A stretch of DNA of 64,000 nucleotides from a virus: the IMG/VR virus record IMGVR_UViG_3300022885_000010. The stretch is one strand, 5' to 3'. This document shows positions 10,753-19,353 of this stretch, piece by piece. The notes below the pieces were generated by a model. It was not told the DNA's origin, ran no database searches, and saw only the letters and a program-made list of their open reading frames with translations. Numbering within the stretch: the stretch's first letter is position 1; each line of letters starts with the position of its first letter. Made by a program: the position numbers and the translations under genes.

Positions 10753-11136
10753 ATGATACTTAAAAAATTATATATTGATGAAATCACATCTATTATTCAA
10801 ATATTCCATTCTAATAATAATAATAAAATTTATTATGAAGATAGTAATGGATTTTGGGTAAAAAGCGAATTTGATTCTAATAACAATAGAATTTATTATG
10901 AAGATAGTAATGGATTTTGGGTAAAAAGCGAATTTGATTCTAATAATAATGAAATTTATTATGAAAATAGTGATGGATATTGGTCAAAAAAGGAATTTGA
11001 TTCTAATAACAATCGAGTTTATTGGGAAACTGATGATGGATATTGGGTAAAACAAGAATATAATTCTAATAATATAGGAATTTATTTTGAAAGTAGTGAT
11101 GGAACTATATTTGACGAAAGACCTAACAAAAAATAA
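10753..11136 (+). CDS. 21-aa repeat family protein
   Basis: MILKKLY cap, DSNNNxIYYEDSNGFWVKxEF repeats, RPNKK end. Confidence 0.85.
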   Translation: MILKKLYIDEITSIIQIFHSNNNNKIYYEDSNGFWVKSEFDSNNNRIYYEDSNGFWVKSEFDSNNNEIYYENSDGYWSKKEFDSNNNRVYWETDDGYWVKQEYNSNNIGIYFESSDGTIFDERPNKK

Positions 11137-11170
11137 AATTTGTTTATATCGATTTATTTTCGTAAGTTTG
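11130..11170 (+). promoter_or_regulatory. Bacteroidota-type promoter copy 2
   Basis: AAAATAAAA-TTTG-N20-TAAGTTTG, overlaps repeat-gene stop. Confidence 0.85.
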
Positions 11171-11195
11171 TAATTATTTTAATACAGAGGAAACA

Positions 11196-11873
11196 ATGAA
11201 CAATTTATATTTTGATATAGAAACATATCCAATATATGATTCTTACAAAGAAGATGAACTATTAATACCTATATGGGAACGGTTTTGTAATTACAAATTA
11301 AATAAAAAGCCAGAATACGAAGATGAATTAAATAGATACGATCTATTATGGGATAGTTCTTCGTCATTATATCCTACATTTGCAAAGATATTATGTATAT
11401 CATTTATATATGATAATGATGGGGAATTACACACTGGAACATTAAAAGGTGAAGAGTCCGAAATAATAGGACAGTTCAATGAATTACTAGAGAACTATAT
11501 AGATTTTATAGTAGGTCATAACATACTACAATTTGATTTACCATTTATAATTAGACGTGCTATGGTAAATGGGATTCCATATAAGAATTTACCTAAATAT
11601 CTACACGTAGTAGGTAAAAAACCATGGAATTTACATTATATATATGATACTAAGCAAAAATTAACATTTACTTCTAACTTCGGTGGTGTTATAACACCAT
11701 CATTAGAACAAGCGTGTTATGAGGCTAATATAGACACACCTAAGACCGATATAGTCAATGGTGGTAATTTAGTACCATTTATCAAATCTGGTGGTGATAT
11801 AGAGCTTATATATGAGTATTGTGAGAAAGATGTTTATACTACATATAGGTTATATGAATGGATGAACCAGTAG
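11196..11873 (+). CDS. PolB-like DEDDy 3'-5' exonuclease
   Basis: FDIET, GHNILQFDLPFI, YCEKDV. Confidence 0.88.
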   Translation: MNNLYFDIETYPIYDSYKEDELLIPIWERFCNYKLNKKPEYEDELNRYDLLWDSSSSLYPTFAKILCISFIYDNDGELHTGTLKGEESEIIGQFNELLENYIDFIVGHNILQFDLPFIIRRAMVNGIPYKNLPKYLHVVGKKPWNLHYIYDTKQKLTFTSNFGGVITPSLEQACYEANIDTPKTDIVNGGNLVPFIKSGGDIELIYEYCEKDVYTTYRLYEWMNQ

Positions 11874-12073
11874 TCACACACATCGCTTTTGTTGTGGATT
11901 ATATTTATATACATTCAATACAAGAACCGAGATCAAACAGAACTATAGTTATAATGTTTTATAATTTTTTGGTGACTGGTGATCATAGAGTTCCATATTC
12001 CATCTATGGCTATCAGATTGAATATAATAGAATATACGAATCATACGTAAAATGGAAATTAATTAATGGATGA
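11858..12073 (+). CDS. WKL-tail family small protein
   Basis: C-terminal YESYVKWKLING. Confidence 0.65.
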   Translation: MDEPVVTHIAFVVDYIYIHSIQEPRSNRTIVIMFYNFLVTGDHRVPYSIYGYQIEYNRIYESYVKWKLING

Positions 12074-12272
12074 GCATGACTTTATATACTTCAGAGATGA
12101 TCATATAGAGGTAGATTTATATCCACCACAAACAGTGAATATGAAATTTGCTTATAATTTTTATAATAGTTTCCAACCTATAAACGAAGATTATTATAGG
12201 CGTTATGGGAATGAATTTAGTTATATACGTATTTTTTATAATTATGTAAAATGGAAATTAATTAAGGAGTGA
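12066..12272 (+). CDS. WKL-tail family small protein
   Basis: C-terminal YNYVKWKLIKE. Confidence 0.65.
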   Translation: MDEHDFIYFRDDHIEVDLYPPQTVNMKFAYNFYNSFQPINEDYYRRYGNEFSYIRIFYNYVKWKLIKE

Positions 12273-12275
12273 AAT

Positions 12276-12839
12276 ATGCCATGCTATTCATATTATGGTG
12301 AAAAGGATGATAATTGTGGTTGTAGAAATACACCAGAACCAACTAAGAAACAAAAAAAAGAATCCAAACGTCTTAATGTTTTGTATTACGTTAGATGTAA
12401 TTCGTTATTACTAAATAAATTAATTGAATGTACGATTACAATGTTAAATCCGAGTATGGATCCAGTAATATCTAAATCTATATTTGAAGATATTATTAAT
12501 AAATCTAGATTATCATTTAATATGTTAGAATTGGTATTTGATGAGAATGATACACTAAAGGAATTAAATAAGATTAAACATAAGTACGATTCCAGTCTAT
12601 GTGCTATATTAAGTTATCTTGATATGGAACTGATGGTAGATAATGTTATATCATCAAGTGAATATGAGAACTTCAAAGAGGACATCTACGAATTCTGGGT
12701 AGAACATAAAAGAAAAGATATAGATAGGGTTACTGCTGAACTCAATCGTGTGTTTAGTGAGACTGAAATGCATTTGTTAATTAATAATATTATAAATGAA
12801 GCTAAAGAACTTAAAATAATTCAGATGGTTATACTATAA
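12276..12839 (+). CDS. hypothetical protein
   Basis: ORF track. Confidence 0.65.
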   Translation: MPCYSYYGEKDDNCGCRNTPEPTKKQKKESKRLNVLYYVRCNSLLLNKLIECTITMLNPSMDPVISKSIFEDIINKSRLSFNMLELVFDENDTLKELNKIKHKYDSSLCAILSYLDMELMVDNVISSSEYENFKEDIYEFWVEHKRKDIDRVTAELNRVFSETEMHLLINNIINEAKELKIIQMVIL

Positions 12840-13047
12840 GAGTACGAGATTTTAACAATCGTGTAATTTATCATAAAGATATTAATGAAAATTGGCAAAT
12901 GTATAAATATGATTCTAAAGGTGACTGTATTTATATTGAAATAGTTACGGTGAATGGGCAAAAAAAGAATTTGATTTTAATGGTAATGAAATTTATTATG
13001 AACGTAATGATGGTACTATAATAGATAATCGACCTAACAAAAAATAA
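12796..13047 (+). pseudogene. Frameshifted 21-aa repeat family gene
   Basis: MKLKNL start, YDSKGDCIYIE and EFDFNGNEIYYERNDGTIIDNRPNKK* in different frames; two indels in A-runs. Confidence 0.7.
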
Positions 13048-13081
13048 AATTTGGAAGTTAATAAATAATTCCGTAAGTTTG
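13041..13081 (+). promoter_or_regulatory. Bacteroidota-type promoter copy 3
   Basis: AAAATAAAA-TTTG-N20-TAAGTTTG. Confidence 0.85.
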
Positions 13082-13141
13082 TAAATTATCTTTCAGAAAG
13101 AAAGTAATTAAGTTTTAACATTAACAAAAAGAGTAAATATA

Positions 13142-14038
13142 ATGAGTGTAGATATTAAATATGGTAGAAAGAAATCAGGTATCAGAAAGGAACTAAATAA
13201 AAAAGTATCTAATTGGATAGATAGTATAGATGATGAGAATATACAAAAATTATGTAGAAAAAATACAATCGTAACTGGTGGCTCTATAGCATCTATGTTA
13301 TTAGGTGATCCAGTAAATGATTATGATATATATTTTAAAACTAAAGATTGCAATATACAAGTAGCTAAATATTACATTAATAAATTAAATAGTATTAGAG
13401 TATCTAATAAATTAGATGAAGTTCCTATGAATGTAATTGAAAAGTCTATTTGTAATATTAAAGGTGTAGATGAAGATAGAGTTTATATTGAAGCAAGAGG
13501 TGGTAAGGGTATCGTAACAAATGAAACAGATTCTGATGATTTCGGTGATTTTGTTACAGATGAAAATGGTAAATATGCACCTGTGTTCATATCAAGTAAT
13601 GCTATAACATTAACAGATAAGATTCAATTAGTAACTAGATTTTATGGTGATCCACAAACTATCCATAGTAATTATGATTTTGTTCATGCTATGAATTATT
13701 ATGATTATGATAATGATACGTTGGTATTGCACCCAGAAGCATTAGAATGCTTGTTATCGAGGACTTTAGTATATAAAGGTAGTTTATATCCAATAGCATC
13801 TATATTTAGAACTAAGAAGTTCTTAGAACGTGGTTGGAGAATATCTGCTGGAGAACAATTAAAAATAATGTGGCAAATATCTGAAATAGATATGTCTGAT
13901 ATTAATGTCTTAACTGAACAATTAACTGGTGTTGATCAAGCATATATGTATGCGTTAGTAGATATATTACAAGATTCTAAGAAAGAAGATATTAATTCTA
14001 CTTATGTAGCTAAAATTATAGATAAGTTATTTGACTAA
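13142..14038 (+). CDS. Putative Pol-beta-fold nucleotidyltransferase-like phage protein
   Basis: VTGGSIASMLLG..NDYDIYF resembles GG..DxD NTase signature. Confidence 0.55.
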   Translation: MSVDIKYGRKKSGIRKELNKKVSNWIDSIDDENIQKLCRKNTIVTGGSIASMLLGDPVNDYDIYFKTKDCNIQVAKYYINKLNSIRVSNKLDEVPMNVIEKSICNIKGVDEDRVYIEARGGKGIVTNETDSDDFGDFVTDENGKYAPVFISSNAITLTDKIQLVTRFYGDPQTIHSNYDFVHAMNYYDYDNDTLVLHPEALECLLSRTLVYKGSLYPIASIFRTKKFLERGWRISAGEQLKIMWQISEIDMSDINVLTEQLTGVDQAYMYALVDILQDSKKEDINSTYVAKIIDKLFD

Positions 14039-14079
14039 AAAATAAAATTAGGATATGTCATTTCTTTTTCGTAAGTTTG
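14039..14079 (+). promoter_or_regulatory. Bacteroidota-type promoter copy 4 (drives ncRNA array)
   Basis: AAAATAAAA-TTAG-N20-TAAGTTTG. Confidence 0.85.
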
Positions 14080-14113
14080 TATTAAGAATTGACACAAAAT
14101 AAAAATTAAACTG

Positions 14114-14185
14114 TTTGCTATGATATTTCATACTTCTAAACTACTATACCATGAATATAACAAGAAACGAAATATCAATTACAAA
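14114..14185 (+). ncRNA. Y-RNA-like stem-loop unit 1
   Basis: TTTG/CAAA stem, CTA/ATTA internal loop, TGATATTTC/GAAATATCA stem, ATACTTCT loop motif. Confidence 0.75.
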
Positions 14186-14194
14186 TAATACTAT

Positions 14195-14262
14195 GGGTTG
14201 CTATATAGAAACATACTTCTAAAATATACAAAACGCAAACTACGTTTTTATAATTACAACCC
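14195..14262 (+). ncRNA. Y-RNA-like stem-loop unit 2
   Basis: GGGTTG/CAACCC, CTA/ATTA, TATAGAAAC/GTTTTTATA, ATACTTCT. Confidence 0.75.
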
Positions 14263-14283
14263 TTTCTTTTAAAATTAATTTAA

Positions 14284-14345
14284 GTCTGCTATGAAATTTC
14301 ATACTTCTATAATTTTGGATATTAATCGAAATTTCAATTACAGAC
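14284..14345 (+). ncRNA. Y-RNA-like stem-loop unit 3
   Basis: GTCTG/CAGAC, CTA/ATTA, TGAAATTTC/GAAATTTCA, ATACTTCT. Confidence 0.75.
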
Positions 14346-14357
14346 ATTTTTTACTTA

Positions 14358-14490
14358 AATTGCTATATGAAATCATACTTCTAACATTAAGGAACTTCAG
14401 GTCGTAGGTTCGAGTCCTACCTAATCGTAATAATCGGTTAGTAGCTCAGTTGGTAGAGCAGAAGTATAAAACGATTTCATAATCACAATT
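14358..14490 (+). ncRNA. YrlA-like RNA: unit 4 with circularly permuted tRNA module
   Basis: AATTG/CAATT, CTA/ATCA, TATGAAATC/GATTTCATA; inside: T-arm GTAGG-TTCGAGT-CCTAC, then CTAATCG/CGGTTAG acceptor stem closed by a loop, then D-arm GCTC-AGTTGGTA-GAGC. Confidence 0.82.
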
Positions 14491-14518
14491 TAATATTTAA
14501 TAATAAGGAAATCTTTAA

Positions 14519-16624
14519 ATGAATAAAGACCTATTAAAAATAGCATTAAAATATAGATCATCTATATTCATAATGGACTCATCTTCTACAGTATTAGAAG
14601 ATATTGATATTAATAATTACAAACAATCAATAAAAGAGACTATAGCATATAACCAAATATTGAATAATTTGGGTTATACGATAGATTCTCATTTACTTAA
14701 ACTTGTATTACGATATAACTTAAATTTAATTGATATAATTTTTATATTGGAAGAATTTAAAGGTGCACGTTCATATAAAACATTTTATCCAAACTTCCCA
14801 GAAGAAGTTTATAATATGTCTGAATTTGAGCTATACTTTAACGCTATAATACATTATTTGTCATTAGGCGAATACTATCCAGATATAGATAAAAAGCCAA
14901 GACAAACTGATATTGACGTATTAAACTTCAAACGTATAGGTATAATAGATATTAATGGTATGATAGAAATATTATGTGATTTATTATCTACTAATGATTC
15001 TCTATCTGATTTCGATAAGGAATCAGTTAAGGTATTAATAGCTCACTTTGGAGAGATATATGATATTAATACTATAAATATTCCATATAAAGAAAACTTA
15101 TGTTATGTAGTTGAATATACTGATAATTTAGAATTACTCAAAACACCAACTGATATACTACGTTACTGTACATATCTATCTGGTGGTGATGTATCATTAA
15201 CTGAAAATACCAAGTTTAAATCATTATCTAAAAGTCTTAGACGTAGAATAACTAATAGACTTGATAAAGTGTTTAACGTAGATGACTTCAAGAGACATAA
15301 AAATAAATGGATTAAATTAACACATTCATTACATTGTGGTGAATTTCTAAAACAATCCAAATTTTCAGATGTATTGAGATCATTTAGAAATAATAAAAAT
15401 GTAGAGAGTTTAAGCACTATTATAAATGAATCTTTAAAAAATAAAGACTATCATTCAGCTATTAATTCTCTAATGAAGAAACCAGGTGAATACGTAAGAA
15501 ACATAGTAACTTTAATTAATATCTCTGATGGATATAACTCTGGTAAATTAGGTATTGATAATTTAGAAGAATGTATATCAGAAGTATCAACACGAGTATT
15601 ATTACAAGCTAAAGGACACTTACAAGTTATATTAAAAGGTTATGATAGTAGATTAGTATTTCCTAAAGGTTCTACATCTAAAGTTAGAAGAGTGCAATTT
15701 AAGAAATTTACAGATTGGCAATTGCAATTAGTACAAGACTATCTAAATTGTATAAACTCACATTTAAGATTGAGATTACAAGGAACGTCAGAAGGTAAGA
15801 AAGTATATATAGATGAAAGATTAAGTCAATATACATTACCTACACAACAAAGAAGTGTATCGGAAGGTCAATTCTCTTATGGTAGAGGATCTAAGATTGA
15901 TTTAGAAGATAAAAATAAAAATATAACTTTACGAATGTTTTGTCATTGGATAGGACAAGATATTGATTTGTCAGCTACATTATATAATGATAAATTTGAA
16001 ATGGTAACTCATTGTTCATTTCAACAATTAAAAATTAAAGAATTAGAAATAGTACATTCTGGTGATATTACACGAGCACCAAATGGAGCATCTGAATTTA
16101 TTGATATAACTATGAATAAAGTAGTAAAATCAGAAGTTAGATATATAACATTAAATATAAATGTTTATAGTGGCCCAACATTTAAAGAACATAAAGAATG
16201 TTTCGCAGGTTTTATGCTAAGAGAACGTCCTAATTCAAATGAGATTTATGATCCTAAAACAGTTAAGTATTCTATGAAATTAGATGGAAATTCTAAGGTA
16301 GCAGTTCCATTTATCTTTGATATTGAAACTAAACAGATAATCTGGACTGATTTATATTTTAGAAATGGTGGTATGCATCATAACACAGTTATCAATAATG
16401 ATGTGAATGTATCTGATGTGTTAAGGTCTATAGTTAATCTAACTGATAAAACTACATTAAAAGACTTATTTAGTATGTACTATGCACCATCACAATTAAC
16501 ATTTGACATTGATAACGCTGATATGCTATATGTTACGGATGAGTATGAGGATGATACGTTAGATAATAAAAATGTTGTTAGAGCAAGTGATGTTCTAACT
16601 ATAAATTCAAAATATATAAAATAA
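14519..16624 (+). CDS. Probable Rot/TROVE-like helical domain fused to C-terminal TerD-like domain
   Basis: FYPNFPEEVYNMSEFELYFNAIIHY; C-terminal DIDLSA..HSGDITRAPNGASEFIDI (TerD-like); Rot assignment inferred from family recall and adjacent Y-like RNAs. Confidence 0.7.
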   Translation: MNKDLLKIALKYRSSIFIMDSSSTVLEDIDINNYKQSIKETIAYNQILNNLGYTIDSHLLKLVLRYNLNLIDIIFILEEFKGARSYKTFYPNFPEEVYNMSEFELYFNAIIHYLSLGEYYPDIDKKPRQTDIDVLNFKRIGIIDINGMIEILCDLLSTNDSLSDFDKESVKVLIAHFGEIYDINTINIPYKENLCYVVEYTDNLELLKTPTDILRYCTYLSGGDVSLTENTKFKSLSKSLRRRITNRLDKVFNVDDFKRHKNKWIKLTHSLHCGEFLKQSKFSDVLRSFRNNKNVESLSTIINESLKNKDYHSAINSLMKKPGEYVRNIVTLINISDGYNSGKLGIDNLEECISEVSTRVLLQAKGHLQVILKGYDSRLVFPKGSTSKVRRVQFKKFTDWQLQLVQDYLNCINSHLRLRLQGTSEGKKVYIDERLSQYTLPTQQRSVSEGQFSYGRGSKIDLEDKNKNITLRMFCHWIGQDIDLSATLYNDKFEMVTHCSFQQLKIKELEIVHSGDITRAPNGASEFIDITMNKVVKSEVRYITLNINVYSGPTFKEHKECFAGFMLRERPNSNEIYDPKTVKYSMKLDGNSKVAVPFIFDIETKQIIWTDLYFRNGGMHHNTVINNDVNVSDVLRSIVNLTDKTTLKDLFSMYYAPSQLTFDIDNADMLYVTDEYEDDTLDNKNVVRASDVLTINSKYIK

Positions 16625-16685
16625 TAATTAATTTACAAAAAACGTATCTCTATTTATTAATAGAAGTAAAATTAAAAAGATAATA

Positions 16686-16772
16686 ATGACTCGTAATAAT
16701 AAACATATGAATAGCTTTAGACCTAATATACACGTTGAGTGTGGGTTTGGGGTGTATGTACGAAGGGCATAA
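16686..16772 (+). CDS. 28-aa putative leader peptide of tRNA cluster 1
   Basis: MTRNNKHMNSFRPNIHVECGFGVYVRRA*, followed by terminator then tRNAs. Confidence 0.5.
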   Translation: MTRNNKHMNSFRPNIHVECGFGVYVRRA

Positions 16773-16800
16773 TAATAAATTCATTTCTAAAAATTTATAA

Positions 16801-16838
16801 AAATCCTTCAACTTAAAACACTGAAGGATTTTTTATTT
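16801..16838 (+). terminator. Intrinsic terminator upstream of tRNA cluster 1
   Basis: AAATCCTTCA/TGAAGGATTT stem plus T-run. Confidence 0.75.
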
Positions 16839-16845
16839 ATAATTC

Positions 16846-16918
16846 GGTCTTATCGTCTAAATGGTTAGGACACAACTCATTCGAAGTTGCAATCAGGATT
16901 CGAGTTCCTGTAAGATCA
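16846..16918 (+). tRNA. tRNA-Glu(TTC), atypical A33
   Basis: GGTCTTA/TAAGATC; CAACT-CATTCGA-AGTTG; CAGGA-TTCGAGT-TCCTG. Confidence 0.75.
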
Positions 16919-16926
16919 CAAGTTAT

Positions 16927-17010
16927 TGCGGAATGGTGTAATGGTTAACATCCTGGGCTCATAACCCAGAGACGAGAAGTATAATGACAGTTCGAATCTG
17001 TCTTCCGCAA
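16927..17010 (+). tRNA. tRNA-Met(CAT), initiator-like, 16-nt variable region
   Basis: TGCGGAA/TTCCGCA; CTGGG-CTCATAA-CCCAG (3 GC pairs); GACAG-TTCGAAT-CTGTC. Confidence 0.85.
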
Positions 17011-17021
17011 CTTTTTATTAT

Positions 17022-17096
17022 GGTGTTTGTAGCTCAGTTGGTTAGAGCGTCGGTCTGTGAAACCGAAGGTCGTGGGATCGTAGCCCATCATTCACC
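17022..17096 (+). tRNA. tRNA-His(GTG)
   Basis: G-1/C73; TCGGT-CTGTGAA-ACCGA; two acceptor mismatches; T-loop ATCGTAG. Confidence 0.8.
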
Positions 17097-17103
17097 CAAA
17101 TAT

Positions 17104-17177
17104 TGATCTGTAGCTTAGTTGGTCAAAGCAGCGAACTCATAATTCGAAGATCGACGGTTCAAGTCCGTCCAGGTCAA
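17104..17177 (+). tRNA. tRNA with CAT anticodon (Ile2 or elongator Met)
   Basis: TGATCTG/CAGGTCA; CGAA-CTCATAA-TTCG; GACGG-TTCAAGT-CCGTC. Confidence 0.85.
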
Positions 17178-17189
17178 CTCGTTAGAAAT

Positions 17190-17263
17190 GTACATTTGGT
17201 GTAATTGGCAACATTATCCTACCTCCAATTGGAGATAAAGGTTCGAATCCTACCTTGGGTACA
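17190..17263 (+). pseudogene. Degenerate tRNA (possibly Trp, CCA)
   Basis: D-arm TGGTGTAATTGGCAACAT and GGTTCGAATCC present; acceptor and anticodon stems poorly paired. Confidence 0.45.
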
Positions 17264-17275
17264 AAATATAATAAT

Positions 17276-17348
17276 GGTGAATTAGTCGAGTGGTTTCAGA
17301 CAACGGATTGCAAACTCGTTTACCCCAGTTCGAATCTGGGATTCACCT
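17276..17348 (+). tRNA. tRNA-Cys(GCA)
   Basis: GGTGAAT/ATTCACC, U73; loop TTGCAAA; CCCAG-TTCGAAT-CTGGG. Confidence 0.88.
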
Positions 17349-17366
17349 CTTTAAACTAAGGTATAT

Positions 17367-17846
17367 ATGTATTTCAAGACATTCCAAACAAACGAAATAA
17401 TTGATGATTGGATTTTACATGTTCAGAAATTCATTGAAATGAATCCTGATGCTAAAATAGCAGTTGGATCGGATTCAAAATATAAGAAGGCATCTAAAAA
17501 AGTTATTTATGTTACCGTGATAGCTATGTTTTATTATGGAACTGATGGATACAATAAAGGTGCTCATTTAATATATTCTATGGATAAACATAAAAAAGAA
17601 TTATCTATATTTGAAATGCTTTGGACTGAAGTAGAGAAATCTAAATGTATAGCCGAAGAAATACAAGATATTTTACAAGAACCTGTAGAAATCCATATCG
17701 ATTTAAATTCAGAAGCTAAATATAAATCTAATATAGCATATCCTGCGGCTGTAGGTTGGCTTAAAAGTTTAGGGTTTGATGTATTTGCAAAACCAAATGC
17801 ACCTGCTGCAACGTGTGCAGCTGATTTAATAGCTAATAGAAAATAA
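17367..17846 (+). CDS. RNase H-like YkuK-family protein
   Basis: AVGSDS, LWTEVEKS, VEIHIDLN, KPNAPAATCAAD. Confidence 0.8.
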   Translation: MYFKTFQTNEIIDDWILHVQKFIEMNPDAKIAVGSDSKYKKASKKVIYVTVIAMFYYGTDGYNKGAHLIYSMDKHKKELSIFEMLWTEVEKSKCIAEEIQDILQEPVEIHIDLNSEAKYKSNIAYPAAVGWLKSLGFDVFAKPNAPAATCAADLIANRK

Positions 17847-17880
17847 AATTTGTTTATATCATTATTTTTTCGTAAGTTTG
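17840..17880 (+). promoter_or_regulatory. Bacteroidota-type promoter copy 5
   Basis: AAAATAAAA-TTTG-N20-TAAGTTTG. Confidence 0.85.
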
Positions 17881-17916
17881 TATTATTATTTTAAACGATA
17901 TTAAAAAAATAACATT

Positions 17917-18387
17917 ATGAATGAGAATTATGAATTTTTCTGGTCAGGGCCATTTAGTCAATGGCATCCTTGTAAATTTGAAATAGATGGTGATATGTAT
18001 AATTGTACAGAACAGTATATGATGCAACAAAAGGCTTTATTCTTTGGTGATGAATTAACTGCTTCAAAGATTATGAATACTTTACATCCAAAACAACAGA
18101 AGAAACTAGGTAGAGAAGTTTCAAATTTCATTGCTGAAAAATGGTCAGTTGTATGTGAAGAAATTGTATATAAAGGAAACCATGCAAAGTTCACACAAAA
18201 CGAAAAATTATTAAATAAATTACTTGATACTAAAGATAAAACTTTAGTTGATGCTTCTCCATGTGATAAGATTTGGGGTATTGGTTTACTTGAAGATGAT
18301 CCAAGAGCACAAGACCCTGAACAGTGGTTAGGTTTAAATTTGTTAGGAAAGGTCTTAACTAAATTAAGAGATGACTTAGTTAAATAG
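17917..18387 (+). CDS. NADAR (YbiA-family) protein
   Basis: FSQWHP, EQYMMQQKA, KKLGR, AKFTQN, DKIWGIG, NLLGKVL. Confidence 0.92.
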   Translation: MNENYEFFWSGPFSQWHPCKFEIDGDMYNCTEQYMMQQKALFFGDELTASKIMNTLHPKQQKKLGREVSNFIAEKWSVVCEEIVYKGNHAKFTQNEKLLNKLLDTKDKTLVDASPCDKIWGIGLLEDDPRAQDPEQWLGLNLLGKVLTKLRDDLVK

Positions 18388-18423
18388 ACATATTAAGAAT
18401 ACATTAAAAAAAAGAGAGTAAAA

Positions 18424-19353
18424 ATGTTCTGGAAGAAGAAGAATGAAAGTAAAACTATAAGTTTAACAACTATATTATATGATTTATGTAGAAATAAAAC
18501 ACATAATAAACTATTTTGGAATGCAATTACAGAATCTATGGAACGTAATAGCTATAACACAGACGGTTTTAGTATAATTGGTAATTATCAAGATTTTGGT
18601 GATATAGATGTAACATATAATAATAATGACGAACGAATTACAATCGAAGTTAAACCACTTAGAAGTCTACACAATAGATACGGTTATGGGTGTTGTTATG
18701 ATGAGTATCATTCTTACAAATTCCCAAAGTGGAAACAACTTGACAAATTACAATCAATTACATTTTCCATTTCTACGATAGAAGATATAGATAAATTCAT
18801 AAGTCAATTTGAAGAATGGTTATCTGTATTAAATGATTTAGTGTCTAAATATGAAGTTTTAAATGATAGATTAACTAAGATAAAAACACATATAAATACT
18901 AAATTGTATAATGAGCATAAACAAATAAGAACTATAAAAATAAAAGATGATTATAACGATGAATATATAAAGTTTATGTCGTATAATGGTAAAACGAAAC
19001 AATTACAAGTAAGCGATTATATAAAACCAGATGCTGACACTACATGTTTATTAATTGATAATATAAGAATCAATTTTCAACAAGTAATTCAATTCTTGCA
19101 ATCTCATTTAGTAGGATTTGAAACTATAGAAATACAAGATGATCATGATGACTATAATTGTGAATCTCATGGTTCAACTACTACTATAGCGTTGACCAGT
19201 GAGAATATGAATATTAGATATGAAATACAAGGTACGAATAAAAATACTACGTTTTATTTTAATGTTATCGGTAGTATATTGATAATAAGCATAGATAATA
19301 TAGAACAAGATGGATGTCATATAGACACTAAATATATAGGGAATGTACAATGA
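18424..19353 (+). CDS. hypothetical protein
   Basis: ORF track, 309 aa. Confidence 0.7.
   Translation: MFWKKKNESKTISLTTILYDLCRNKTHNKLFWNAITESMERNSYNTDGFSIIGNYQDFGDIDVTYNNNDERITIEVKPLRSLHNRYGYGCCYDEYHSYKFPKWKQLDKLQSITFSISTIEDIDKFISQFEEWLSVLNDLVSKYEVLNDRLTKIKTHINTKLYNEHKQIRTIKIKDDYNDEYIKFMSYNGKTKQLQVSDYIKPDADTTCLLIDNIRINFQQVIQFLQSHLVGFETIEIQDDHDDYNCESHGSTTTIALTSENMNIRYEIQGTNKNTTFYFNVIGSILIISIDNIEQDGCHIDTKYIGNVQ

Noticed and set aside
14391-14468. Calling the T-arm/D-arm here an ordinary tRNA gene
   Set aside because: Arms are in permuted order, the acceptor stem is closed by a loop and there is no anticodon
14114-14490. Four-unit array as a mini-CRISPR or protein-binding direct repeats
   Set aside because: Only short motifs are identical; the rest covaries as paired stems, which fits structured RNA rather than DNA repeats
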